A DNA stretch of 64,000 bases from Blastocatellia bacterium (GCA_963765495.1 CAVXWP010000009.1:384001-448000); one strand, 5' to 3'. Shown: positions 1 to 9,945, counted from the stretch's first letter. The notes: a model not told the origin generated them from the letters alone. Numbers and translations: made by a program.

Positions 1-623
1 ACTCGCTCACCGAAAAACTCGGGCGGGGCGACGCCTACGACGGTAAACGGTGTTCCGTTCAACGCCATGCTTTTGCCCACAATCGAAGGGTCGCTGTTCA
101 GGGTCTGTTTCCAGTAGTTGTAGCTGATCACCGCCGCAGGCCGCGCAGTAGGCGTGTCGTCTTCGCTCGCGATCGTCCGTCCCATGACCGCGCTTACGCC
201 AAGCACCTCGAAATAATTGCCCGAGACGAGGTGTCCCCGCGCCCGTTCGGGTGCCCCGCCCGATTGCCCTACTTCCCGGCGAACGCTCAAATGGGCTTCG
301 CCGCTTCGGAACGCGCACAACCCTTGAAATGATTCGTTGTGATCGCGGAAATACTCATAGACCGGATAAGAAAACATGCTCCACTCGCCCGTCGGGGGAT
401 CTCCTGTTGAGGTGCCTTCGCCATTTCCGTCCGAGAACAAAACGAGTTGCTCGGGATTTTGAACCGGGAGGGATTTGAGCATAACGGCGTTTATCATGGT
501 GAAGATCGAAGTATTTGCGCCGATGCCGAGCGCGAGCGTAAAGACTGCGATCACTGTAAAGCCGGGATTTTTCCTCAACATCCTTGCCGCAAAACGCACA
601 TCCTGCAAAAAGTCTCCCATCAT
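1..623 (-). CDS. ADOP-type (MacB/FtsX-like) ABC permease, 5' part; runs off the left edge
   Basis: Not in the ORF track because it is open-ended. Hand translation from ATG 623 (RBS GGAAGGAGG) gives MMGDFLQDVRFAARMLRKNPGFT...; the same frame ends NGTPFTVVGVAPPEFFGERV at the edge. Paralogous to 935..3631. Confidence 0.9.
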   Translation of the reverse strand, partial: MMGDFLQDVRFAARMLRKNPGFTVIAVFTLALGIGANTSIFTMINAVMLKSLPVQNPEQLVLFSDGNGEGTSTGDPPTGEWSMFSYPVYEYFRDHNESFQGLCAFRSGEAHLSVRREVGQSGGAPERARGHLVSGNYFEVLGVSAVMGRTIASEDDTPTARPAAVISYNYWKQTLNSDPSIVGKSMALNGTPFTVVGVAPPEFFGER

Positions 624-701
624 TTTCCTCCTTCCGTTACCACGATCACGCGATGTTTGATGCGCCGTAATTCCTCCGACAATAAATCGCCTCAACTCAA
701 C

Positions 702-727
702 AACGCAAGCCCCGCGCGTGAGGTTCC
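702..727 (-). promoter_or_regulatory. Candidate ECF sigma promoter GGAACC-N16-CGTT upstream of the first ADOP gene
   Basis: Minus strand reads GGAACC-TCACGCGCGGGGCTTG-CGTT, matching the AAC/CGT ECF pattern, about 80 nt upstream of the ATG. Confidence 0.45.
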
Positions 728-752
728 TTTTTCTGTCGCGCCTCCAATAACG

Positions 753-900
753 CCAAAATATAGAATTGGAAAACAGGAATAGGCCACCGATTCGACGGAT
801 CGGGCGGATCAACACGGATTTGACCATATCAAGTTCAAATCCGCGTAAATCCGTCGAATCCGTCAAATCCGTGACCTATTGTCACCGACCTTTCGAGCGA
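753..900. repeat. Degenerate copy of the CAGGG-MITE family with a central 9-mer (..CGGAT) hairpin
   Basis: CCAAAATATAGAATTGGAAAACAGGAATAGGCC matches the arm at 4090-4123. The interior has repeated ..CGGAT units facing ATCCG.. units, followed by CCTATT..CCTTTCG as in 4131-4151. Confidence 0.7.
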
Positions 901-934
901 CTGGATTGTAATTTTCAAACCATCTGATTATGAC

Positions 935-3631
935 TCACTCGTATCTCAGCGCGGTAAGCGGATCAACCTTCGACGCTCGTCTCGCGGGCAGCCAGCAGGC
1001 GACGAGCGCCACCGCAATCAGGACGAAAGCGATAGCGGCAAACGTCACGGGGTCGCGCGAAGGCAACATTGGAATCGCCCATTGAAGAAAACGCGACACG
1101 GCATATGCGCCGCCAAGGCCAAACAACGCGCCCGCCAGACTCAGTCGGATTCCCTGACCGAGCACCAGCAAGAGCACGTCTCCGGGTTGCGCGCCAAGCG
1201 CCATGCGAATTCCGATCTCGCCCGTGCGTTGCGCGACCGAATAAGAGGTCACGCCGTAAATCCCTATGGCGGCAAGCACAAGCCCCAGCAAGGCAAATGC
1301 GCCGAGCAGAGCGCCAAGCAACGAAATATTACCAAGCCCCTGATCTACCATGCTCTGCGCGGTCCGAATCTCAAATACAGCCTGAACAGGGTCAAGTTCT
1401 GCCACGGCCCCACGCAAAGAGCCTGTGAGCAATTCCGGTTTCAGGGATGTGCGTAAGGAAATGATAAGCACTCCCCAGGGAGGCTGAGCCGCCAGCGGAA
1501 CAAAGGATTCGTAGCGGGTGTAGGGCTCGGTAAGACTTGCAGGAATCTCTACATCGTTCACAACGCCTACAACCTCCGACCAGGAAGGGTTGGGACCCGA
1601 CCCTCTGCCGATGCGCTTGCCGACCGCGCTCTGGTCCGGCCAGAACTGTTTGGCCATCGTTTCGTTGATGATGACGACCGAGGGGCTATCGGCAGTGTCG
1701 GCGGAAGTAAAGACGCGGCCTTCGAGCAGTCGGACTCCGAGAGTTTCAAAGTAATTCGGGCTAACGGGTTCGAAAAAGACTTCGGGCCACTGACCGGGTT
1801 GAGGTTCGGGCTGGCCTTCGACCCGAAAAGACCCGCTGCTGTTAAATCCGTAAGGCAGCGTTGACTGTGAAATTGCGACTCGTTCGACACCGGGTATGGC
1901 GCTGAACTTCTCTTCAAGCTGCCGGGCGAAGTCGGCGCGTTGAGAATTCTTCAGATAATTTTCGCCTTGCAGACCTACCTGCGCCATAACGAGTCCGTCC
2001 ACATTCCAGCCGGGATCGAGGCGGGTCAGGCGTTGCAGTCCCCGGAGAAAGAGACCGGCTCCCGTGAGCAACACAAGCGCGAAAGCGATTTCGCCTACGA
2101 TCAGCGCGTGCCGCAGTCGGTTTTGCGAACGGCCCGCCGTCGAGCCGCGCGAATTCTCTCTGAGCGCCTGATTCACATCTGCGCGCGACGCAAGCCACGC
2201 CGGGACCGTGCCAAAGATCAGCCCCGTAAGCACGGAACACAACAGGGCAAATCCAAACACCCTATAATCAATGGCAACCTTCGCGCCCGGCAACTGGCTG
2301 AACAGACGACTGCCGATAAAATCTACGCCCCAGAGCGCGACAAGTAAACTGAGCGCGCCTCCGATGAGCGAGACCGTAAGACTCTCGGTGAGCAACTGTC
2401 TGAGCAGTCGTCCTCGTCCGGCTCCAAGCGCGGCACGGATGGCATATTCGCGGCTGCGCCCAGCGGTGCGGACAAGCTGAAGATTGGCTACGTTTGCGCA
2501 GGCGATGAGGAGGACGAACCCCGCAAGGCCAAAGGTAAACCACATGACATGCCGTCCCGTTTCATCCGACATAGACATCTGCAACGGTTCGAGACGAATG
2601 CTGTCGTTTTCGTTCACGGCAATCTCTTTCCTGATATTTGCAGCGAGCGCAATCATTGACTGCTCGGCCTGCTCAATCGTCACGCCGGGTTTCAGCCGCC
2701 CGATGGCCTGCAAGAAATTGTTATCCCGATCCCGCCGCGACTCCGCCGTGAATGCCTGCGGAGACCACATGTCAATCGGCCCCCACAACAGCGGATACTC
2801 AGTCCCGGCAGGCATCACGCCGATAATCTTGGCATCCCACCCGTTCAGCTTAAGCGTGCGCCCGATGACCGACGGGTCACCGCCGAAACGCCGCATCCAG
2901 TAGTCGTGGTTGAGGACGACCACTCCGTTTGAAGGGATCATCTCCTCTTCGGCGGTGAACACTCGGCCCAGTTCTGGTCTGACGCCAAGCACATCGAAGT
3001 AATCAGCCGTGGCAGTCAAACACTGCACACGTTCGGCAGGCTGTCCCGGTTCGGACATGCTGATGCTCACCCAGGAGAACGCTGTCATGTGTTCGAATAC
3101 GCTGTTCTGATCGCGGTAATCGAAGAAGTTGCCGGGTGAGTGCGGCCAGCTTTGAGAATGCGGAGAGGTGCGATAGATGCGCACAAGCCGGTCCGCCTCC
3201 GGGTAGGGAAGCGCGTGAAACAGATACGTATTCAGCACGCTGAACATCGCTGTGTTTGCCCCTATGCCGAGCGCAAGCGTCAGCACCGCCACAAAGCTGA
3301 AGCCGGGACTCTTGCGAAGCATCCGCAAGCCAAATCGAAGGTCCTGCCAGAGATTGCCCATTATCCTGCTCCTCCTGTTATTTCCCCAAACTACGGGGTC
3401 GTATCTTTCCTGGCGTTCGACACGGCGCAACTCTTGAGCGAGCAGTTCGCTCTCGCTCAATTCCTCCATGATCGCGGTCCTTGCCTCCTCGGGAGTCGCG
3501 CCGTCGGTCAATAGCTCCTCATAAAGAGAATCGAGATGTTCGGCCATCTCTTCGACTATTTCGGCCTCGCGCCACGGTGTAAGCCTCAGGCCCGCGAGCC
3601 TTCCACTGATCTCTTCTTTCCAATCAGGCAT
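935..3631 (-). CDS. ADOP-type duplicated ABC permease (MacB_PCD/FtsX x2) with N-terminal permease-prefix domain
   Basis: Motifs [61 protein letters not shown]. Likely start MPDWKEEI (ATG 3631) overlaps the PadR stop. Confidence 0.95.
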   Translation of the reverse strand: MPDWKEEISGRLAGLRLTPWREAEIVEEMAEHLDSLYEELLTDGATPEEARTAIMEELSESELLAQELRRVERQERYDPVVWGNNRRSRIMGNLWQDLRFGLRMLRKSPGFSFVAVLTLALGIGANTAMFSVLNTYLFHALPYPEADRLVRIYRTSPHSQSWPHSPGNFFDYRDQNSVFEHMTAFSWVSISMSEPGQPAERVQCLTATADYFDVLGVRPELGRVFTAEEEMIPSNGVVVLNHDYWMRRFGGDPSVIGRTLKLNGWDAKIIGVMPAGTEYPLLWGPIDMWSPQAFTAESRRDRDNNFLQAIGRLKPGVTIEQAEQSMIALAANIRKEIAVNENDSIRLEPLQMSMSDETGRHVMWFTFGLAGFVLLIACANVANLQLVRTAGRSREYAIRAALGAGRGRLLRQLLTESLTVSLIGGALSLLVALWGVDFIGSRLFSQLPGAKVAIDYRVFGFALLCSVLTGLIFGTVPAWLASRADVNQALRENSRGSTAGRSQNRLRHALIVGEIAFALVLLTGAGLFLRGLQRLTRLDPGWNVDGLVMAQVGLQGENYLKNSQRADFARQLEEKFSAIPGVERVAISQSTLPYGFNSSGSFRVEGQPEPQPGQWPEVFFEPVSPNYFETLGVRLLEGRVFTSADTADSPSVVIINETMAKQFWPDQSAVGKRIGRGSGPNPSWSEVVGVVNDVEIPASLTEPYTRYESFVPLAAQPPWGVLIISLRTSLKPELLTGSLRGAVAELDPVQAVFEIRTAQSMVDQGLGNISLLGALLGAFALLGLVLAAIGIYGVTSYSVAQRTGEIGIRMALGAQPGDVLLLVLGQGIRLSLAGALFGLGGAYAVSRFLQWAIPMLPSRDPVTFAAIAFVLIAVALVACWLPARRASKVDPLTALRYE

Positions 3632-3977
3632 TTTCAATCCCTGTGATGCGATTGATCGCCTCGACAAATTCGCGCCACGTATTTCGCTGTGATGCGAGAA
3701 CCTTCTTGCCTTCCGAGGTCAACCGGTAATACCTGCGCCTGCGCTGCCCGGCCTTCTCTACCCATCGGCCCTGAATCCATCCGCGCTTCTCCAGCCTGTA
3801 AAGCAACGGATAAAGCGAAGCCACATTGAAACGCAGCATCCCGCCCGAACGCGCTTCGATCAATTTGCTGATGTCATAGCCGTGGCGCGGCTGATCCTCG
3901 ACAAGCGAAAGAATCAATAATTCCGCGCTGCCCTTCTTCAACTCCCGGTCGAACATCCGCGATTTAATATGTGTCAT
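3624..3977 (-). CDS. PadR-family transcriptional regulator (acidobacterial ADOP-associated type)
   Basis: [42 protein letters not shown]. Coupled to the permease. Start uncertain (GTG 3983, ATG 3977 or ATG 3956). Confidence 0.93.
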   Translation of the reverse strand: MTHIKSRMFDRELKKGSAELLILSLVEDQPRHGYDISKLIEARSGGMLRFNVASLYPLLYRLEKRGWIQGRWVEKAGQRRRRYYRLTSEGKKVLASQRNTWREFVEAINRITGIENA

Positions 3978-4014
3978 AGACACATATTATTAAGATGAAT
4001 ATAAAAGCTGTCAA
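3965..4014 (-). promoter_or_regulatory. Sigma70-type promoter with an overlapping perfect 11-bp palindrome (candidate PadR operator)
   Basis: TTGACA at 4009-4014 (minus strand), then an AT-rich -10 (AATAAT/TAATAA) after 16-17 nt. TAATATGTGTC-ATA-GACACATATTA spans 3965-3989. Confidence 0.7.
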
Positions 4015-4072
4015 GATGGGATTTGAGATTTGTGAGATTTGAAATTTGAGACACCAGATGGCCCGGCCCGGC

Positions 4073-4214
4073 CAGGGCCATTCAGTTTTCCAAAATGTAG
4101 AATTGGAAAATAGAAAATAGGCCGTCCCGGCCTATTCCCACTCGCCTTTCGTTCGAATTAACCTGCAAAAATTTTGTCGCATACAGCCCGCTACTCAAAA
4201 ACTGAATGGTCCTG
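4073..4214. mobile_element. MITE with CAGGG-type terminal inverted repeats; collapsed centre
   Basis: Ends CAGGGCCATTCAGTTTT...AAAACTGAATGGTCCTG. Flanks CGGCCCGGC / CTGCCCGGC match 8/9 (possible target-site duplication). 4131-4185 is identical to the reverse complement of 14471-14525. Confidence 0.8.
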
Positions 4215-4320
4215 CTGCCCGGCGGTCTCCAAAGGCTTATCCGAGCAAAGAGTGTTGAACTTGCGTCGATCGGTCCATATAATCACCGGGCACTCTTTTT
4301 ATAGACGATCAGCAGGGATA

Positions 4321-4896
4321 ATGAGTATTTCCAGTCCGATATATTGCCAGGATTGCGGGAGGGCCAACGGAGCTGCCGCCAACAAGTGTCTGTGGTGCGG
4401 TGTGCCGTTGCAGCAAGGGGCCTCGCCTGGCAAGTTCGAGGCTACGCAGGTCGAGATAGATTATCTTGGCGGCATAGAGAGGCTGAATGATCCTATGGCG
4501 GTCAAGCTCGTCATCAACACCTCGGGAATAGAGGTGAGCGAGATCATTCCCGGGAGCAGAAAGATCACTATCCCGGCAGCCGCGCTCATAGAAACCCGCG
4601 TTGTAGACGCGACGACGATAGTCGAAGGCAAACGAGTGCGCTCGAAATGGTGGTGGGTGGCGCTCGGCCCGCTAGCTCTTATGGTCCGGGGCAAGAAGCT
4701 GCCCGACACGATAAAGCACGATTATATTCTGACGATAAAATTCCGGTCGGGCCAAGAGGTATCAAACGCGGTTTTTCACAGAGAAGACCGCCTCGGATTA
4801 TCCCTGGTCAACGGGCTTGCGAGGATAATAACATCGCTCATTCAGAGGGACCGGGGAGAGATTACAGGTTACAGAGGAAAGGGGACAGGCGGCTAG
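4321..4896 (+). CDS. Hypothetical protein with N-terminal zinc ribbon
   Basis: MSISSPIYCQDCG..CLWCG. The ORF-track start at 4174 lies inside the MITE, so ATG 4321 is preferred. Confidence 0.7.
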   Translation: MSISSPIYCQDCGRANGAAANKCLWCGVPLQQGASPGKFEATQVEIDYLGGIERLNDPMAVKLVINTSGIEVSEIIPGSRKITIPAAALIETRVVDATTIVEGKRVRSKWWWVALGPLALMVRGKKLPDTIKHDYILTIKFRSGQEVSNAVFHREDRLGLSLVNGLARIITSLIQRDRGEITGYRGKGTGG

Positions 4897-4940
4897 GGAC
4901 ACATCCTGTTCCCTCTAACCTGTAACCTGTAACCTCTCTC
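4856..4940. repeat. Heptamer (GGTTACA/TGTAACC) inverted-repeat element between convergent genes
   Basis: GAGAGATTACAGGTTACAGAGG...CCTCTAACCTGTAACCTGTAACCTCTCTC. Confidence 0.65.
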
Positions 4941-6499
4941 TATTCAAACTCAAATGGATTTGGCGCGCCCGAGGCAAGTGTCTGTTCCAGGCGCTGGCGG
5001 CGCGGTTCGATCTCCTTAGAGAAATACTCCGTAAATGCTTCTATCACCTTCGGGTCAAAGTAAAAGCCCGAACGCTTGGCAAGCTCTTCTACAGCCTGTT
5101 GAGGCGATATAGGTTCGTTGTAGACCCGCTCTTCGACCAGCGCATCAAAGGCGTCGGCTACGGCAACTATGCGGCTGCCCAGTGGTATCTCTTCGCCGTG
5201 GAGTCCGTGCGGGTAGCCCGTGCCGTCCCATCTCTCATGATGGGCGGCGGCGACATAGGGGATGTCGGCCAGGTCTTCCGGGAAACGTATCTTCGACAGG
5301 AGCTTGAAGGTATGTTGAGGATGCTGCTTTATGTGCTCGTATTCTTCGGGAGTCAGGCTGGCGGGTTTCAGCAATATATCGTCGCGTATTCCGATCTTTC
5401 CGTAATCGTGCAGCAGCCCCGCATAATAAACCGAGCGGCATTGCGATTTCGTCATCCCCATCGTGCGGGCTATTCCGGCTGCATAGACTCCTACGCGGGC
5501 CGAGTGCCCCGCCGTATTATCGTCGCGCACATCGAGGCTCGCGGCGAGGGTGCGAATAAAACTCTCAAGCGAGTAGCGCTGTTCTTCGAGCAGGTAAAGA
5601 TTCTCCATAGCGAGTCCGACCTGCCGCGCAAGCGCGGTCAAAAATTCCAGTTCTTCGTCATCGAAACTGCGGTCGCCGTTTACGTTATCGACGTAACAGA
5701 CGCCCCACAACTTCGTCTTTGATCCGATGGGCGCGCAAATGACCGATCTTATGGCTTGAAAGCGGACCGATTCACCTTCGGCAAAACGTTTGTCGTGCTG
5801 CGCATCGAGGCTGAAGACGGCTACGTTCTGCCTGTATACGCGGTTAGTAACGCTGCGGCTCGGTTTGAACTTCAGCCCCGACGGGTAGGAAGCCTTAACT
5901 TCGAGAGAGTCCTGATGGCGGTTGTGAATCAGCACGGCGCAACGCTCGGGCCGGATCGTTTTATGCAGGAAAGCGGCGAGCCTGTCGCAGAGTTCATCCG
6001 ACGAATGCGCGGTCAGCACTTCGCTTGTGAATTCGTAGAGGGCGCGCAAGTGGTCTACTGTCTCGTGGGTCAGCTCGCCCGAATCAGGGAGTTGGGAGAC
6101 GTTTAGAAAGCGCGCCTCTTCGGGCGCGATTACGCGCACCGGATGTACGGAAACAAAGATGTCTTCGGCGGGTATATCCGTCTCTTCTCTCGACTCCTTC
6201 AGGTTGAAGACAAATTCCACGCCGTGGCCCCGGCCCAGCCTTATCCGGTCCTCGTCCTTAAGCATCGAGTGCTTTACCTGTTTATCGTTTACGAATGTGC
6301 CGGATGTGCTGCCCAGATCGGTCACGAAATAGAACGAACCGTCAAAGCTGACTTCGGCGTGAAATCGCGAGATGTAAGGGTTATCTATGGCGAGGCCGTT
6401 CTCATCCAGGCGACCGATGGTGAGGCTGCGCTCTCTCAGTTTATAGACACACTCTTCGTCGTTGGAATCCTTATAGGTCAGACTGGCTTTCGTCCCCAT
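4940..6499 (-). CDS. FHA-GAF-HD-GYP signalling protein (putative cyclic-dinucleotide phosphodiesterase)
   Basis: FHA: IGR..ISRFHA..DLGSTSGTFVN. GAF: IRSVICAPI..WGVCYVD. HD-GYP: LLHDYGKIG, HHERWDGTGYP, VADAFDA. Confidence 0.92.
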   Translation of the reverse strand: MGTKASLTYKDSNDEECVYKLRERSLTIGRLDENGLAIDNPYISRFHAEVSFDGSFYFVTDLGSTSGTFVNDKQVKHSMLKDEDRIRLGRGHGVEFVFNLKESREETDIPAEDIFVSVHPVRVIAPEEARFLNVSQLPDSGELTHETVDHLRALYEFTSEVLTAHSSDELCDRLAAFLHKTIRPERCAVLIHNRHQDSLEVKASYPSGLKFKPSRSVTNRVYRQNVAVFSLDAQHDKRFAEGESVRFQAIRSVICAPIGSKTKLWGVCYVDNVNGDRSFDDEELEFLTALARQVGLAMENLYLLEEQRYSLESFIRTLAASLDVRDDNTAGHSARVGVYAAGIARTMGMTKSQCRSVYYAGLLHDYGKIGIRDDILLKPASLTPEEYEHIKQHPQHTFKLLSKIRFPEDLADIPYVAAAHHERWDGTGYPHGLHGEEIPLGSRIVAVADAFDALVEERVYNEPISPQQAVEELAKRSGFYFDPKVIEAFTEYFSKEIEPRRQRLEQTLASGAPNPFEFE

Positions 6500-6544
6500 A
6501 ACTTCCCCTTTTGTCTGTGGAAGACCGAGTTCCCGTTCAGACGA

Positions 6545-6895
6545 TCAGTATCCGCGCATCTCGCAGGCGCCCGAATTTACGCAGGCGCGGCCAGGTTCCA
6601 TAAAGCAGGTCTTCGGTGAGCGCGCAGACCCGGCAGGCTCGGTCAGCGAAAATTTCTCAAGCCCCGGATGGAGATTCTCGCCAGTTGCCGGGATGAATTT
6701 ATCAACAGGCCTCGAATTACTATCGGTTTCGACCGTCACTCTCTTTGCCTCCGACTGATCAAGCACAATCAGGACAATACCGGGCTGATCATTTGCGGGC
6801 AAGCCCCTGACAGGCTTTGGCTCAGACGCGGTTTCGAGCCGGTCGAGGATCGCCGCAAGCACTCGGCGCGCAAGGTCTTGATCGGATGACTGCAT
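6545..6895 (-). CDS. Small BMC-associated protein with N-terminal amphipathic helix and C-terminal Cys motif
   Basis: N-term DQDLARRVLAAILDRL; C-term CFMEPGRACVNSGACEMRGY. Directly downstream of two BMC-P genes. Confidence 0.7.
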   Translation of the reverse strand: MQSSDQDLARRVLAAILDRLETASEPKPVRGLPANDQPGIVLIVLDQSEAKRVTVETDSNSRPVDKFIPATGENLHPGLEKFSLTEPAGSARSPKTCFMEPGRACVNSGACEMRGY

Positions 6896-6900
6896 AATTT

Positions 6901-6942
6901 TTTTGACGGGATTTACAGGATCGCCGCAGGATTTACAGAATT
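6901..6942. repeat. Partial TTGACAGGAT/ACAGGAT-type REP-like repeat
   Basis: TTTTGACGGGATTTACAGGATCGCCGCAGGATTTACAGAATT resembles the arm at 57715-57735. Confidence 0.5.
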
Positions 6943-6991
6943 ACTTTCAACCGAAACGCTCGGTCCTGTTCCCGGTTGTTAAATCTTCGAC

Positions 6992-7261
6992 TCAATACTC
7001 AATCGTATCAACGACACCGACTATGGCCGAATCAATCGCTGCGCCCGGCTGCCCCGTCGAAGAGGTCGAAGCCGACCAGCCTTCGCGCACCACAACCACC
7101 GTATCTCCGACACCGGCATCAACGGAATCAAGCGCCAGCATCTCGACGCCTTCCGGCGTGCCTTCAGGGCTGATGGGCTGGACTACGAGTATGCGCCCGC
7201 CTTCGTAACGGGCATCTTTTTGTGTGGCTACCACATTTCCGACTACTCTGGCCAGCAGCAT
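6992..7261 (-). CDS. EutN/CcmL-family microcompartment vertex protein (BMC-P)
   Basis: MLLARVVGNVVATQK..LALDSVDAGVGDTV..IDSAIVGVVD. Confidence 0.95.
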   Translation of the reverse strand: MLLARVVGNVVATQKDARYEGGRILVVQPISPEGTPEGVEMLALDSVDAGVGDTVVVVREGWSASTSSTGQPGAAIDSAIVGVVDTIEY

Positions 7262-7276
7262 ATTCTTATACCAGAA

Positions 7277-7546
7277 TCAACTCTCCAAAAAAACGGTGTC
7301 GACTATTCCGACAATAGTGCAATCGGTCGGAACCTCTGACGGCATGAAGGGAAACGATGCCTCGCGCCCGCGACACCAGAAGATTATTTCACCCTTGCCC
7401 GCTCCGACCGAGTCAATTGCAACCATAGACTGACCGGCATCCTCAAGACTGGCGGTCAGCGGCTGTATGACGAGCAGCTTTCGTCCTTCGAGCGCCTCGC
7501 TTTTGACCGTAGAGACTACTGTACCAATAACGCGGGCTAATTGCAT
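7277..7546 (-). CDS. EutN/CcmL-family microcompartment vertex protein (BMC-P), second copy
   Basis: Real start MQLARVIGTVVSTVK (ATG 7546); VAIDSVGAGKGE..TDCTIVGIVD. Confidence 0.95.
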   Translation of the reverse strand: MQLARVIGTVVSTVKSEALEGRKLLVIQPLTASLEDAGQSMVAIDSVGAGKGEIIFWCRGREASFPFMPSEVPTDCTIVGIVDTVFLES

Positions 7547-7611
7547 GGGTGACCTTTTTCTGTAGTTTGAGCGACCTTCGGTTACAAGCTTGCGCGCACC
7601 TGTGCCGTGTG

Positions 7612-8253
7612 TCAAGGATTTGAATGTTCTTTTTGAGCGGCCTCGGCATTCCATTGATCGCGTTTCACGAGCGTGACGCTTTTGAGCACGACCGGGTCCA
7701 TAGGCCTGTCGGTCTTTGGCCAGACCGGCGCTCGGGCTATCAGGTCGGCCACGTGCTGGCCTTCTATGACCCTGCCAAAGATCGAGTATTTGCCGTCCCA
7801 TTGCGGTTCGTTGCCTACGCAGATGAAGAACTGGCTCGTGGCGCTGTTTTCATCATTCCCTTTACGGGCAGCCGACACAATGCCGGGTTCGTGCTTCAGA
7901 GTTTGCGAAAACTCGGCGGGAACGGTCTTCTGCCCCGGCTGGCCCTTGCCCCACGTGGAGACATCGCCGTTTATGGTATTTGGGTCGCCGCCTTGAATCG
8001 CGACCGGCCCGGTCTGGCTCTTCACAAGACGATGAAATTTTGTGCCGTTAAAAAAACCTTCGGTCGCCAGTTCCTTGAAATTGGCTACGTGTTTTGGAGC
8101 CACATCGGGGAAAAACTCTATAACGATCCGACCGTAGCTGGTATCGAGCACGGCGACCTCATCGCTTCCGGCCGCGCTCTTGCCGCACGAAATCGAACCG
8201 AGCGATATAAGAACCACGACTAAAAATAGTGATACTAATCTGATCTTCATCAA
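7612..8253 (-). CDS. Cyclophilin-type peptidyl-prolyl isomerase, probable lipoprotein
   Basis: Lipobox-like SISC; APKHVANF, FNGTKFHR, IQGGDP, SATSQFFI, YSIFGRV. Confidence 0.93.
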   Translation of the reverse strand: MMKIRLVSLFLVVVLISLGSISCGKSAAGSDEVAVLDTSYGRIVIEFFPDVAPKHVANFKELATEGFFNGTKFHRLVKSQTGPVAIQGGDPNTINGDVSTWGKGQPGQKTVPAEFSQTLKHEPGIVSAARKGNDENSATSQFFICVGNEPQWDGKYSIFGRVIEGQHVADLIARAPVWPKTDRPMDPVVLKSVTLVKRDQWNAEAAQKEHSNP

Positions 8254-8283
8254 ACTCCCTAAATCTGGTTCTCATGAACCACT

Positions 8284-9768
8284 TTACCCCTGGTTATCGA
8301 GCGCCTCCTTGAGCAGGCTGTTGACGATCTGCGGGTTGGCCCGCCCGCCGCTTGCCTTCATCACCTGACCTACGAAGAAACCGTAAAGCCCAACCTTTCC
8401 GCCCCGGTACTGTTCGAGTTGTTTGGGATTGGCAATCAGAGCCTGTTCAATAATCAGCCTGATCTCGGCTTCATCCGAGACCTGCCCTCCGCCCATCTCG
8501 CGCACAACCTCATAGGCCGAGCGCCCGCTCCCGTACATCTCTATCAACACGTCCTTGGCCATCTTTCCGCTGATAGTGGCCTCGTCGATCATCTTTATCA
8601 TACCGGCAAGCCCGGCCTCACTCACAGGGCTTTTGTCAATATCGGTCCCCGTGTTTTTAAGCTCTCGCAAAAGCTCATTCAAAATCCAGTTGGCTGCCGT
8701 CTTCGCGTTGCCCGACGCGCGCGCAACCTCTTCGAAGTAGTCGGCAAGCAATCGCGAATCCGTAAGCTGCGCGGCATCATCGAGAGCCAGCCCGTACTCT
8801 TCTATGAAACGCCGGCGGCGCGCTTCCGGCAGTTCCGGCATCCCATCGCGCACCCGCTCGACGCCCTCCTCCGGGACGACGAGCGGCGGCAGATCGGGCT
8901 CCGGGAAATAGCGATAATCGTGCGCTTCTTCTTTCGAGCGCATAGAAAAGGTCATGGACTCGCGCTCATTCCAGAGCCGCGTCTCCTGAACAATTGTTCC
9001 CCCGGCTTCGAGGGCTGCAATCTGGCGATCAATTTCGTATTCGATTGCTCGCTGAAGAAACCGAAACGAGTTGAGGTTCTTAAGCTCGACCCTTGTGCCA
9101 AACTTCTCCGCGCCCTTGAGCCGCACCGATACGTTGGCGTCGCAGCGCAGGCTTCCCTCTTCCATGTTGCCGTCGCACACGCCTACATAGATCAGCGTGC
9201 GCCGCAGGTACTGCATATAGTCGTAGGCTTCCCAGGAGGAGCGAAAATCGGGCTCCGAGACTATCTCAGCCAGAGGCACGCCGCTGCGGTTCAAATCGAC
9301 GTAAGACTTTGTCGCCGATTCCAGCATCACGCCTTCGTGCAAGGATTTGCCCGCGTCTTCTTCCAGATGAAGTCGGGTGATATTAAACCGCTTCATGCGC
9401 CACTCTACGGCATGGCCGGATTCGTTCCGCTCACTTGTAGGAATCTCTACCCAGCCGTGCTCGGAGAAGGGTCTGTCGTATTGAGATATTTGATAGCCCT
9501 TTGGAAGATCGGGGTAGAAATAGTTTTTGCGCGAGAAGATCGATTCATTATTCACGCGCAGATTGAGCGCAAGCGCCGCGCGCGTGGCCATCTCTATAAC
9601 TCTGCGGTTTAGCACAGGCAGAGCGCCGGGAAGCCCCAGGCAGACCGGGCAGGTGTTTGAGTTAGGCTCATCGCCAAAGCGGGTCGAGCATCCGCAAAAT
9701 ATTTTTGAATCGGTCTTGAGTTGAGCATGAATTTCAAGCCCGATTACGGGTTCATATTTTTCCCTCAT
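8284..9768 (-). CDS. gatB: Asp/Glu-tRNA amidotransferase subunit B
   Basis: VIGLEIHAQL, RKNYFYPDLPKGYQISQ, RCDANVS, DYRYFPEPDLPP, GFFVGQVMK. Confidence 0.98.
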   Translation of the reverse strand: MREKYEPVIGLEIHAQLKTDSKIFCGCSTRFGDEPNSNTCPVCLGLPGALPVLNRRVIEMATRAALALNLRVNNESIFSRKNYFYPDLPKGYQISQYDRPFSEHGWVEIPTSERNESGHAVEWRMKRFNITRLHLEEDAGKSLHEGVMLESATKSYVDLNRSGVPLAEIVSEPDFRSSWEAYDYMQYLRRTLIYVGVCDGNMEEGSLRCDANVSVRLKGAEKFGTRVELKNLNSFRFLQRAIEYEIDRQIAALEAGGTIVQETRLWNERESMTFSMRSKEEAHDYRYFPEPDLPPLVVPEEGVERVRDGMPELPEARRRRFIEEYGLALDDAAQLTDSRLLADYFEEVARASGNAKTAANWILNELLRELKNTGTDIDKSPVSEAGLAGMIKMIDEATISGKMAKDVLIEMYGSGRSAYEVVREMGGGQVSDEAEIRLIIEQALIANPKQLEQYRGGKVGLYGFFVGQVMKASGGRANPQIVNSLLKEALDNQG

Positions 9769-9804
9769 AATTCTTTCACCGGTTGGGTGGCAAAAAGTAT
9801 AGCA

Positions 9805-9945
9805 TAGGCAGTAAGCAGTAAGCGGTAGGCAGTAGGCAGTTGATACTGAACTGACGACTACTGCTAAAGGGTGTGCGGGTATGCAAATGAATAGTTGGTA
9901 TCCGCCTCCGTCACTGCCTACTGCCTACTGCCTACCGCCTACCGC
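9805..9945. repeat. Heptamer (TAGGCAG/CTGCCTA) inverted-repeat element
   Basis: About 5 TA(G/A)GC(A/G)G units at 9805-9839 face about 4.5 C(T/C)GCCTA units at 9914-9945, abutting the stop codon at 9946. Confidence 0.85.

Noticed and set aside
7-782. Short ORFs listed in the first 800 bp
   Set aside because: They are alternative frames or antisense of the open-ended ADOP permease starting at 623.
7547-7801. N-terminal extensions in the ORF track for BMC-P (7801), ModC (12597), AcrB (37629) and the gene at 4174
   Set aside because: The extensions overlap upstream genes or repeats; family-typical starts lie downstream.
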